The notes beneath the pieces are model-generated. The model had not been told where the DNA came from. It saw nothing but the letters and a program-made list of their open reading frames with translations, and made no database searches. The position numbers and the translations under genes were made by a program. Shown piece after piece: positions 52,246 through 64,000 of a DNA stretch of 64,000 nucleotides. How positions within the stretch are numbered: position 1 is the stretch's first letter; each line of letters begins with the position of its first letter. Location: positions 5,332,001-5,396,000 of the forward strand of contig OX597824.1 of the NCBI GenBank assembly GCA_951406725.2. The letters are read 5' to 3'. Source of the stretch: Octopus vulgaris. Lineage: Eukaryota.

Positions 52246-52631
52246 GATGGAAGCACTCCGTCGGTTACGACGACGAGGGTTCCGGTTGATCCGATAAACG
52301 GAACAGCCTGCTCGTGAAATTAACGTGTAAGTGGCTGAGCACTCCACAGACACGTGCACCCTTAACATAGTTCTCGGGGATATTCAGCGTGACACAGAGA
52401 GTGACGAGGCCGGCCCTTTGAAATACAGGTACAACAGAAACAGGAAGTAAGAGTGAGGGAAAGTTGTGGTGAAAGAGTACAGCAGGGATCACCACCATCC
52501 CTGCCGGAGCCTCGTGGAGCTTTAGGTGTTTTCGCTCAATAAACACTCACAACGCCCGGTCTGGGAATCGAAACCGCGATCCTACGACCGCGAGTCCGCT
52601 GCCCTAACCACTGGGCCATTGCGCCTCCGCC
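52246..52631 (-). mobile_element. SINE family C1, full length
   Basis: Reverse complement of 18251-18639; TSD CCTGGAGACGTTG at 52233-52245 and 52632-52644. Confidence 0.93.
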
Positions 52632-55161
52632 CCTGGAGACGTTGATGGTAGAAGACAATGCCTATTGAGCTGCAATGCTATACTTTAGTTGGGAAGACAA
52701 TGACTCTGATCTCATTTCGTGGCTTATGTGTGTAGTAAGTGTATCGAAAAAGACCCGGGTAAATATTTTATTTACTTTTGTCGGAGCAGGGGATGGGTTT
52801 TTGTATACGTTCTGTAGAGAATTCTATCAGTTTTCTTAAACATTTTTGACACTCTCAGGATCTTACTGTCCTTGTAGCATCGAAGTATTCTCGTTTGCTT
52901 TAGTGTGCAGGATGAAAATATGATTGCATCCAACATGTTCCTAATTTTCAGCAGTGATTTAATCACCACCATGTTCGCTACCTCTAGATAGACATGAGAC
53001 TGACCGGCACTCACCCCTCCATTCTAGGTATCCTAACAATAATTTAATCCCGAATGAACTGTTGGAGGTTGCCAAGTGATGATGCATCTGTGAAAGCAGG
53101 TGTATTAAACACATTCAACTTGAGAAAACTATTGATTTTCGACGGACAGCCTATTGATTTTTGGATGACAGGTCCCTTTCTCTTTCAAATTCCATCACAA
53201 ATTTCTTTGTGTTCTTTAAAGAAGTCTTTCAAATCCTTCTCTTTGAAATCTCCTGCAGTTTCTTTGCGATGAAACAGCCTGCAAGAATCTCTCTGAGCTG
53301 GCATGGTCGAGATATGCTTCTAACTTTCCGGTTTAAATAGGGTTCTTGTAATTACCAAGTCAATCTCTCCCCATAAAGCAATAGAAGGCTCTAGTTTGGG
53401 TTCAAGGCGTCTTGGTCCTGAACAGGACAACCAGCGTCGACCTACGACGGACAGCCGACGATGGCATGAATAGAAGATTCCAATTCTGCATATGATTGGG
53501 CAGCATCTTGAGCAAATAGCTTCCAGCATGAGCTTGGTCGAGCCCAAAGCTCGCCAATTAAATTAGAGAAGCGGAAAGTGTACAGAATTGTGTCTCTTAG
53601 AATGCATCTGTAATTAAAAAATCTGATTCTGCTTGTTAATGATCGTCTAGCGGTATACACGTCTGCGGAGTACTCGACCATTTATACATCACCTCTATAT
53701 AGTCCATATTCAGGTACTTCTGTTGCTCGAACCACCGAAGACTCGTCATCGAAATCATATTATTTGTACACACTTGTACACACGCACATATATATACACA
53801 CATACATATATATTTACATAGATATATACGTGTATGTATAAATATACACATACGTATGAGTATATATGATTGTGCGTGCTTGTGTATACAAATGTGTGAG
53901 AAAACACAGAAGCGTATAAACTCCTGTATACGCACAACCGCATTTACAGTATCCGTTTCGCCGATTAGTGGACAAAATGTCTTATCTTATCATTATACTC
54001 TCATAAACCAAGATAGACAAAAGTTATTTGATGCAAATATCTCTTCCCAACCCACAAAACACATCTATTAGAATTGAAAACACATCTTTTTCAGAATATA
54101 ATTTATTTATGAGGTGATATCAATGATATCGGCAGAGCTCAACGCATACGGCATATCATTCTTGTCCGGTAACTAATATTATGTTATTTTAATGGATAAA
54201 ATATTCAACTCTTCAAGGATGTCCATAAAGAGGTTCTCCGATTACACTTATTCTTATTAACAATGAGAAGAAGCGCAAGCACAAAAAAATACTTAATTTA
54301 CCATATTGATTTTCATTCCATCTGTGGATCTGGAATAAGTGCTTGGAGGTCGTCGTAAGGGGACAAAGGCTGCAGCAAATATCAAAAGGATTGGGACGTA
54401 ATGGCATCGTAAATATTCTTAAATATAGATTCAAACCAGATGTAGTACTGACATTGGTTTCAATTTTGCTGTAAGGGCAGCAATTTCGGGAGAGGGGTAA
54501 GTCGACTACACAGGCACCAGTGCTCAGTGGGTACTTATTTTATCGACCTGGAATTTCTTTTCCAATTCTACTACGGATTTCACTATGAGAATGAGGTTAC
54601 TCAAAGGTAGCCTGTCTTAAATTCCTGTTATGGCTTGGGGGAGAAGGACAAAAAGGAGAGGACAGAGAGCTGAACTCTTGTAAACTCGACCCCAAAAGAA
54701 AGATTAAAAGAACTGCAGCAAAAGATTTTGACTGGGTAAAATACGAACAGAACATTATGTCATCACCGTAGGGATACAAGGGTGCTGATGCTACAAGGTC
54801 TCACTTCGTCTTCTTTCGTAATTTCTGTAGAAGTGTAACAAAAGCGGAAATTAGTTGACCCATATGTGTAATGAAAAGCAGAAGTTGAATGGAATATATA
54901 AGAAAATATGGACAATAAATGACAACGCGAAATTAGTTCTTGTTTGAGTAAATTAAGCTGATGTTTCGTTTGTCAAAACTTGCTGAGGGGACATTTGTAA
55001 AGGGACATTCGGTGGAAGTGGGTGCTGAGCTAAAAATATTGAGAATTACTTACTTAAAGGAAACAACAAAGATAATATTTATATAATAATTCTTGAAATT
55101 CCTCGTCAATGCTTCATCGCTAGAACACTATGAGTCCATTGTCTACTAAGGAGAGAGATAA

Positions 55162-55377
55162 TATTGGTTTCAACTTTTGGCACAAGGCCAGCAATTCCGA
55201 GGGGCGGCTAGGAGGATTACACAGATCCCAGTGTTCAACTGGTAACTTATGTTATCGACCATGAAAGTATAAAAGACAAAGTCGACGTAGGTGGAATTTG
55301 AACACTGAAAGTAAAGACGGCCAAAATTCCGCTAAACTTTTTGCCGGGCGTGCTAACGATTCTGCCAGCTCGCCTCG
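55162..55377 (-). mobile_element. SINE family B (diverged)
   Basis: Head, core and CCTTGTGCCAAAAGTTGAAACCAAT tail recognisable. Confidence 0.8.
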
Positions 55378-55534
55378 CTAAGTAGAAATAATATTGAAGC
55401 TGTTATTGGATCAAACTATTGTATACTCGCTTTTGCAATCGCCAAATAAACTCTCTTGCCACTTCTTACGAATTTTCTGCTATTTCTGAAGTCTACCGTT
55501 TATTTGGAGACCCTATATTACTATATTATTATTA

Positions 55535-55575
<41 letters not shown>

Positions 55576-56242
55576 TATTATTATATTATTATATTACGTT
55601 TACATATTTATTGGCTAAACTGGCAAAATGACCATTCCGAAATACAACAATATTATAATATAATAATAATATAATAACATAGTAATATAGGGTCTTCAAA
55701 TAATATAGTAATATAATAATATAATAATCCAATTTGTGAAACAATTAAAAGTTATAAGAAATTAGATAAATACCGACTAAAATTCATTCAAGAGTGTGGC
55801 AGGCAGCAGGAGGCTACCCCATGCAATAGAGTTGTGAATCGATCTCCTCATACACACGACTACTCTGTAGTTGTGCTGCTCTATGGACTTTTCATTAATG
55901 CACGGCTTCTTGGACGTGTGGCATTGTTTTCGCTACTAAATTAGTTTCCGACATGAAATATTGGATCAAATGATGAATGGAATGTCTAAGAGCTGAAAAT
56001 ACTGAACATATACATGCAAACATACATACATACATACATATATACATACATACATATATACATACATACATACATGCAAACACATATACATGTATACTTA
56101 AAACATACATACATATATGCATACATACATAGGTATATGTGTGTGTTCAGGTATATGTATATGAATATGCATTCATGTATATATATATATATATATATAT
56201 ACTCGTATATATAAATGTATATACACATCTAAATGTATATAA

Positions 56243-56282
<40 letters not shown>

Positions 56283-56313
56283 TATATGCATATAAATGTA
56301 TATACACATCTAA

Positions 56314-56344
<31 letters not shown>

Positions 56345-57053
56345 CTCATATCCATATAAATGTATATACACATCTATATGTATATATATATATATGCATA
56401 TAGATATGTATATACATTTATATAAACACACATAGATAAAAAGAGAGATATACATAAGCACACACATACACTCGAACACGCACGCACACACACACACACA
56501 CACGTATCTGCGAGTGTGCATCTATATGTATATATCTGTGTATATGATTTTTTTTTTCCAGTTCATAATACATACCACGTAGGACACGCGCCATTCTTTT
56601 CAATTGAAATCTATGTTTGTGAAATAAAAGATCTGATCAAATGATATACGAAGTGTCATGGGAATTGCGGATGATGAAAATAGTAAATGATGAGTGATTC
56701 GTAATTATGAAATGTTGGTACGGGGGGGGGGGGGGGAAGAGGAAAACACTATTTGGAACAATGGCTGATATTAGTGCCGGACAATGTCATGTACAAGAAA
56801 GAAATAAACCCAATAAATTGAGAAATGAAAGAGAGACAAAAATCCATAGATAATATCTGATAGTGTGTGGACGGAAATAACATAGAGAAACCTCCCCCCC
56901 CCCATAACATACGCACATAGATATATGTATATATGTATCTCTCTTTCTCTCTCATATGTATATGTATGTCTCTCTCTCTAATTATGTATATATATATATA
57001 TATATATATATTTATTTATTTATACTTATATATATATATATATTTATACATAC

Positions 57054-57084
<31 letters not shown>

Positions 57085-57100
57085 CACACACACATATATC

Positions 57101-57159
<59 letters not shown>

Positions 57160-57419
57160 ATATACATATGTATATATACGTATATATTAATATATGCATA
57201 CATATACGCATAGATACATAAATACACACACACATGATTCACTTGGACAAATCGAGCCTTTTATTGACTGTAACAAGCTCCACAACTACTTTGAAATTAG
57301 CTGAAGCTAATTATAATGCGTATGTGAAACAAAGGAACGGAAAGATAGAAATACTGATTTTAGTATGTCTTTTGTATTAACCCACATTGTCAAAAATATA
57401 CATCTAGGCCGTTACTTCA

Positions 57420-57830
57420 TTTGCGCGTCCGTCGAGTGGTGCTACAAATTGTGGGACAAAGCGATGCTCGGTTTATGGTGAATGATTCTATCATTGATGT
57501 TTATTATTTGTTTATTGCCACTCTTTTGACATAGTAATGGCTGTTTCTGGATGCCGTGGCAACGAGGAACGGTGTGTGAGCGAATGGCGTTTGAATGATT
57601 ATGCAGGTTCTAATGACACCTGAATACTGCAGAGCTATGCTGGTGATATCCGAAGGAAATCTATGAGAAATGTGATGCGGGGTTGAAGCTTAGCTGCTAC
57701 AGGTGTGGCAGCAACGGCCATATGTGTGCTTTGTAATCTGAAGAGCAGAGAAATAGAGAAAAATAGGACATCTACGACAGCAAAACAACAGGAAACTGGT
57801 GCCTTGAAAACACGTCCAGTCGCAACTTTA
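57420..57830 (+). pseudogene. Possible LINE ORF1/gag relic
   Basis: LSCYRCGSNGHM zinc-knuckle-like motif near 57690-57725; surrounding frames broken. Confidence 0.45.
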
Positions 57831-58242
57831 AAAATCGCCTAAAATCTTTTGTCCTCTCTCCCAGAAAGCGATGACGCAGAAACCTAGGACTGAATGTCCT
57901 ACTGATGCAGCTGCTTGTGATGAAGGAGTAGAATAGATGAAGGACTGAGATTTCAATCTGTGTTAAGGGAATGTGAAACTAAATAAAGGCAATTCAGAAA
58001 AATACAGCTACCAGGGGACACAAATTCAGAGTAATGCGAATAGACATTTCACCGGGACAAGATCACTGCTGGGCGCAGCTCCGATGATAACCGAAAAACT
58101 TGCCTTCTGCTCAATCCCAGCCGTCGATGGCCCGGATGCTCAGGGCCGAATCTCTCAGTAGTTACAACTCCCAGTGATGATGGAGGGGTGTTGAAGGATG
58201 AACAGTGCATCAAATCGTCAAGTGGATCTGGAATAAAATGAA

Positions 58243-58283
<41 letters not shown>

Positions 58284-58790
58284 GCACACACATACACACA
58301 CACACACAATCACGTGTGCACAAAAGCGGAAACAGTTGGTGTGTATAACCGTGTATAAAGCAGTGCCCCTCCAATAGAGGAACATTAAATTCATAGTTCT
58401 ACGCTAATTTCAGTGGAAGAAAAGCTGAGCATTTATGATGACTTTTGTGGTAGTATTTGAAAGGGAGGAAATAGAAAAATATTTCCAAAATACACTCAGA
58501 TCCCAGTTTACTAAACCGTAGCGCTGAGTGACACGAAAGAATTATTCGAATAATAGTTGGATGCGAACTGTCTCTCATAAACCATACCTCCGCCCCATTC
58601 AAAGTACACAAGGCTTAATATATTAAGTGGGATGCTGTGAGTCAACAGATGTAGCTTTTGCACCAGATATTATTACTATTATAAATTACTTCTTTATCAC
58701 TTGAGAGATAACAGCACTAATCAGGTAACACATCTTTCTCTGAAACGATGAAAAAGCTAGAGGCTTGTGTAGGCTCAAAGATCCGAGTAA

Positions 58791-58836
58791 TTATGACTGA
58801 CGAGACACAACATTCCGAAACATCGGTGTCTCAGAA
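58791..58836 (+). ncRNA. Hammerhead-like motif
   Basis: TTATGA-CTGACGA-GACACAACATTCC-GAAACA TCGG TGTC-TCAGAA; core and stem III intact, stem II weak. Confidence 0.5.
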
Positions 58837-60428
58837 TCTCTTCGCCAATGAGCTGAGTGTATTATGAAGAGATCGATGCTATGAAAGGGAGAGGAGGTTC
58901 TCCTGTGACGTACAAAACAGCGACTTGCATTTTCGCGTTCCAATCTGCCGGAATGTGTTAAGAATAAATTTGCAGATCATCGTTTCAGATCTTCCTGTAC
59001 ACAATGTAAAGAACGACTTTGTGTCGAACGAAATATGTCTCTCGGCTGCGAATAACAAATTTATATTTGGATCTGTCGGAACGTATTAGCAATAAATATG
59101 CAAACTATAGTTTCAGATCTCGCTGTACACAATGAAAATTGATTAGTTTTTAAAATTCAGTTATGTTTAAACCTTGTCTTTTAATATTTGTCTAAAAACA
59201 AACGTAGACTTTCTTAATATATTGTGTAACATTTCATCACTTTCCTCTATTTTAACGTAATTTTGTTTCTTCAAAACACACATGATCTATGCAAGAGACT
59301 TAATAGAAAGCGATTAGGCAATTTTTTAAAAAAAATTGTATATAAGAAAGAAAGATATTTAAAGGTGAAATGTGACGGATAATTATGAGGCTATGCTATA
59401 ACCGTTGAAATCGATATATTCGGAAGAAACGTAATAAAAATGAAGAACAGAAACACTTTGCGCCCTCTATGGTAAAATAGAAATGACCTTGAGAGAAAGT
59501 GAAATACGGCCGGTCGATTTGAAATGGAGATCATAGTCATCCATCTTCGCTAAAATGTTTACATTTGGGATATGATCATGGAATTTCTAGTAAGACAGTG
59601 AATCCGAGAAAACTAGTTATGTTTCGTGTCTGGGGAAAAAAGAAAGATATAAACAGTTCGAAGAATTTGTCCTTTCTCCGATTTCTTTTGCTGCCTAGGA
59701 ATTCGGAATGTAACTTATGTATAGATTACAAGGAATTACACTATGTTCGTTTTTATATAAATGTAAGATATTTTTGTAAATCTGCTCAGAGATAAAACAC
59801 ATTCGATTTAATCTGATTAACTTGGGTCTATAACGAAGACGTCCAATTCCCTTCACATAAACTCTTAGTAAGGAATCTGTTTTAGACTTCGAAATCCTTT
59901 ATAGAAGCGATAATTCTATATTTGAAGTTGCGTTCAACTACTCTCACTTCTGTACAAATATATACAATTTAATATTTCTAACAGAACCAAGAATACAAGT
60001 AATCATATATACAAGTTTACTTTCAGTCTATTACATAACTGAATCTGCTAATTTACGAATTTTATAGTCCGCAAGACAATAAAATGGCTTTGGAAGTGTT
60101 GCCAAGGTTAAAATTGAATGACGCAACTTATTAACTTAGTTACATTCGCTTCACTTAAGTGTTGTCTCACGGAAGCGTGGTCGATCAGTTACTTACTGCT
60201 TGAAATAAAGATCGAATTCGTGTATTAGTGTGAAATAACCTACAATACAGGAGATGGCTTGCAAAATTGTTAACAGTGTCGGACAAAACATTTTGCGGTG
60301 TTAAGTTACGGCCCTTGAACTTGTGAATTCAAATCTTGCCAACGTCAACTTTGCCTAGACTCTGGCATGGCCGTATGGTTAAGAACCCCAACGGATTTGG
60401 TGAGTGTGTGTGTGTGTGTGTGTGTATC

Positions 60429-60661
60429 AAGGCGGCGAGCTGGTAGAAACGCTAGCATGTCGGGAGAAATACTGAACGGTATTTCGTCTGCCGCTACGTT
60501 CTGAGTTCATATTCCGCCGAGGTCGACTTTGCCTTTCATCCTCTCGGGGTCGATAAATTAAGTACCAGTTACGCACTGGGGTCGATGTAAACGACTTTGT
60601 CCCTTTGTCTGTCCTTGTTTGTCCCCTCTGTGTTTAGCCCCTTGTGAGTAGTAAAGAAATA
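60429..60661 (+). mobile_element. SINE family B
   Basis: Full-length match from AAGGCGGCGAGCTGG to GTAGTAAAGAAATA. Confidence 0.9.
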
Positions 60662-62293
60662 AGATTGTGTGTGTATGTGTGTGCAAGATTGTGTGTGTGT
60701 GCGTGCAAGATTGTATGTGTGTGTGTCGAAGATTGTGTGTGCATTTGTGTGTGTACGCACGTGAGTGTGTGAATGTGAGTGTGTGTGCGAAAATGAGTGT
60801 GTGTGCGTTCGTGTGTGTGTGTGTGCATGTATGTATGCGTATATATGTATGTATACATGTATATCTCTGTCTGAGTTTGTCCAGTAGCGTTTAACAACCG
60901 GTGTTGGTCTGATTATGTCACCGTAATCTGTGGTTATACAAGAGGGACAAAGAATGTACCATTTTCAAAATAATTAATTGATTTGTGTAATCAATCCTAC
61001 TGGACGGTGCTTTGGTGTGGACAAAACAAGTAAAAAATTAAAAGTGCAACGCGAGAGAGCAAATAATAGAATTACGATTTGCTCAAAGACATTCCGTAGT
61101 GAAGTGGTGAGGCGCATCGTTTCCCTGTCGACCTTGTTGTTAGTTATGAGTCCTTTTAGTCGAACAGCTTCTTAATTCGGACTGTTGCTTCTCTGAAACT
61201 CGCTCCTATTAACCATTTCTCTACTGGTCTGTAATATTCGGTTCTATAAACTTTCTATCAATCGATATATTTTCAATTTGTAGGCTGTTTCTTTTCCTTC
61301 TTTGGAATGCCTTGCGCAGAATGGCCTCAAGCATTGTTCCGGACAAAATCGTATTAACAAAAAGCTGATTTTTTAACTCAGTGAAGAAATCGATTGGCTT
61401 GGTTTTTCGCCAAGTTTTATTATAGAGAAATGGCTTCATGAAAGTATAAAAACTGGTCCGGAAACAACAAGAGGATCTTTACTCGGTCGTTCTATCTGTT
61501 TGGAAATAATAGTCAATTCCCCACTTCTTGAATAAGGAAGAGCCACGGTAGATAATCTCGTACTCGAAATACTATATGTGTCTTACGAAGCGGTATGATA
61601 ATGGCGTGAGAGCGTTTGATCATAGGTGTACTGGATTAGGGTTTTAATAAAGCGCTGAAGAGAACTATAACTGTGTTACAAGAGCCGTACATTCCCAATA
61701 TAGAATAGCGGTCTGTTAGAAATAAAATAGCAACTGGATGCCATACAAATGTCACCATACTATCATAGAGAAGAAATCGACACAATGATTAAAGTATTAA
61801 GACTTACATATAGTTCTTCATACCCTTAAAAAGACTGCATATTCATAGCAGGACGACCTTGATAGAACAGGATTGACCTAGGGTTAAACGACAGAAATTG
61901 AGTTTTGATTTTCATTGGAAAATTCAACAAAAAGGTAAAATGCCACTGCCCCGTCATTAATCAGTTGCTGTGATAATTAATATGTTATCCTATCAAAAGG
62001 AAATATTTCTAATTAAAGATTCTCCATCGACTGTAGTTTTCTTTCGAAGGAATTACAGAATTAGATTCAATATACTATTATGTGGAATTTTGTGAAAACC
62101 TTGATCAATACCCAGACCCATTGTTCTAAATAGATGTAAATAAAATTCGATAAAGCAATCTCAGAACAGTCACGTTTTAATGATAAACCATCAGATAACA
62201 TTGGTGAAGACATTAAGTGATTCTGGTTTCATTTTCTCACAGAAATACAATTACGAATTCGGAGAGATTCAAAACATAATACAGTATATATCA

Positions 62294-62340
<47 letters not shown>

Positions 62341-63609
62341 GAGAAAGCGAGAAAATACATAGCATAATATAGTATAACACGATATAATATAATACAAATA
62401 TACACACACATACACACACACATTCACATACATATAGAAGCATACGTGTGTGTGTGCATGGGCATTGGTAAAAGGTTGTGCTGAAAAACGAAGAAAAAGC
62501 ACTTAAATATAATACTTGTAGAACCGTAATGTTTTGCTTGCCGTTTCACTTGACCAGTTATTCTTACAGAGGAAATTGAGAAGCAGCGCGACCATACGTC
62601 GGCGAAAATATTCGTAAACACATCGAAATATGATTAACCAACTAGATTTGATTTCATGCCGAAGAGCTTTTAGAAAATGCTTTACATATTCACGTGTTCA
62701 ATTATTAAACACAGACCACTTGATAACAAGAGTTGGAATAGATTTTTCTCTCAACTCACGGAATGAGAAAACCTGTTATATAACAGCAATTTACTTTTCT
62801 ATAGTAACTTCTATGGTTTATTTTCTATCTCCTTCAGTAATTGGACTGTGGCCATGCTGGGCTCCATGTAGAACCATTTAATCAAACAGAGGAGCTCCAG
62901 AACGTATTTTTCGATGCAAGATGTCGTTGAGAACTGTTTCTCAAGTACATTGGATGTATATTACGTAATATTATCAAATGTCACTATTTATTTTCTCTTC
63001 ATGTTCCATGACAACTTCTTAGTTGAATACAAACTGTCGCAGGAGAGAGTGCAAAAATCGGTCTAGCTAAAAAAAAAAAAACTGTAAAAAATGGGAGTGT
63101 ATACTGGAATTGGTAATGGTAAAAAACACTAGCTTTACTTTCTGATTACTTTAGCGATACACATAGGGATATGGTTTCATATCGTTATCAGCATGCACAC
63201 AATTTTAGTAACGACTAAAGTAGATTATAAACTTATAACTGTGTATGTGGCGTCGACGTTAGAAGAAGGCTAGACCTATGGAAGTTACCATATTTGTGTA
63301 TGTTTACATCCATATCTAATACTATATACGTTCATCTTAATATCATACGATCGTTTACGTTTTTCGTGACTTAAATCGCAGTCTTTTTTCACAGTTTTGA
63401 TTATTGCAGAAAAACCAGCTTTTGTTGCTTTCGAAATAGAGTTGTGTCGTTCCTGCCATCATATCGGAATTTTCTGTTTAATCTCAATATTGAAGGAGGA
63501 ACTGTATTTGATGCAAATGATTAATAAGTTTATTGATCAATGTATCGAGTCAGCCGTGTTCTCAATACAAGACTCACGTTTATGTTTTAGATTGGCAAAC
63601 TGCGTCTTA

Positions 63610-63669
<60 letters not shown>

Positions 63670-64000
63670 GTGAAAGAACACAGAGTTGATATATATGAAA
63701 ACAAGTAAAAATAGAAATGCTAAAATAATTTTATAGTGAACATTTCAGTACCGGTTTCGGTATAGACCTTTTCAACTGTAACGATTAAATAATTAAATTT
63801 AGAAAAATTAAAGAAAGTTTTTAAAAGAATATTTCTATAGTAGTGTTCAGATTTAAGTGGCATTCTGCCTTTCTGACCCTTGTTTGCACTTGTGTGTTCG
63901 AGGTAGTTGTGAGTTCTTGGTAGGGTAGTAGGGGAAGGCTGGTGAGGAAGGGGTGGGAGAATCTGGAGTGCCTGATGGTCGTATTTTGAATGGTCAGTGG

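Noticed and set aside
52772-53610. Non-repetitive segment with acceptor- and donor-like sites on the minus strand
   Set aside because: Stops in all three frames and no recognisable motif; cannot distinguish an old TE from a non-coding exon.
54213-54779. Two short minus-strand ORFs (MPLRPNPFDICC..., MFCSYFTQSK...)
   Set aside because: Short, no homology recognised, weak splice support.
61221-61439. 72-aa minus-strand ORF with protein-like composition
   Set aside because: No motif or splice evidence; length expected by chance.
63755-63780. Hammerhead-shaped CAG-TTGAAAA-GGT CTAT ACC-GAAACCGGTA-CTG on the minus strand; similar shapes at about 7520-7565 and 31110-31141
   Set aside because: The core deviates from CUGANGA at two or more positions; likely PLE-end relics but not supportable as ribozymes.

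Overview
AT-rich, repeat-saturated eukaryotic DNA. The SINE families and extreme (TA)n/(CA)n/(TATG)n/(TATC)n load suggest a cephalopod, probably Octopus (inference). Almost all ORFs in the supplied track are microsatellite or SINE artefacts. Supportable content: many copies of at least three tRNA-derived SINE groups, a full-length but dead Tc1-like transposon with DD36E spacing, a deleted mariner, a mariner-derived foldback MITE, a Ty3/gypsy gag-pro-RT relic interrupted by an RTE LINE, a probable solo LTR, R4/Dong- and CRE-like LINE relics, Helitron/Helentron relics and Penelope-like (PLE) relics. The strongest signal is a set of eight type I hammerhead-ribozyme motifs in several unrelated small repeats. 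These include a 587-bp partial-tandem, non-coding retrozyme-like unit with an intact core (38.5-39.4 kb) and a tRNA-promoter plus hammerhead chimera (19.0-19.4 kb). The best host-gene candidate is an unrecognised two-exon, Cys-containing secreted protein on the minus strand (123-1291), plus two isolated exon-like segments. All calls are by eye; no database search or folding program was run.
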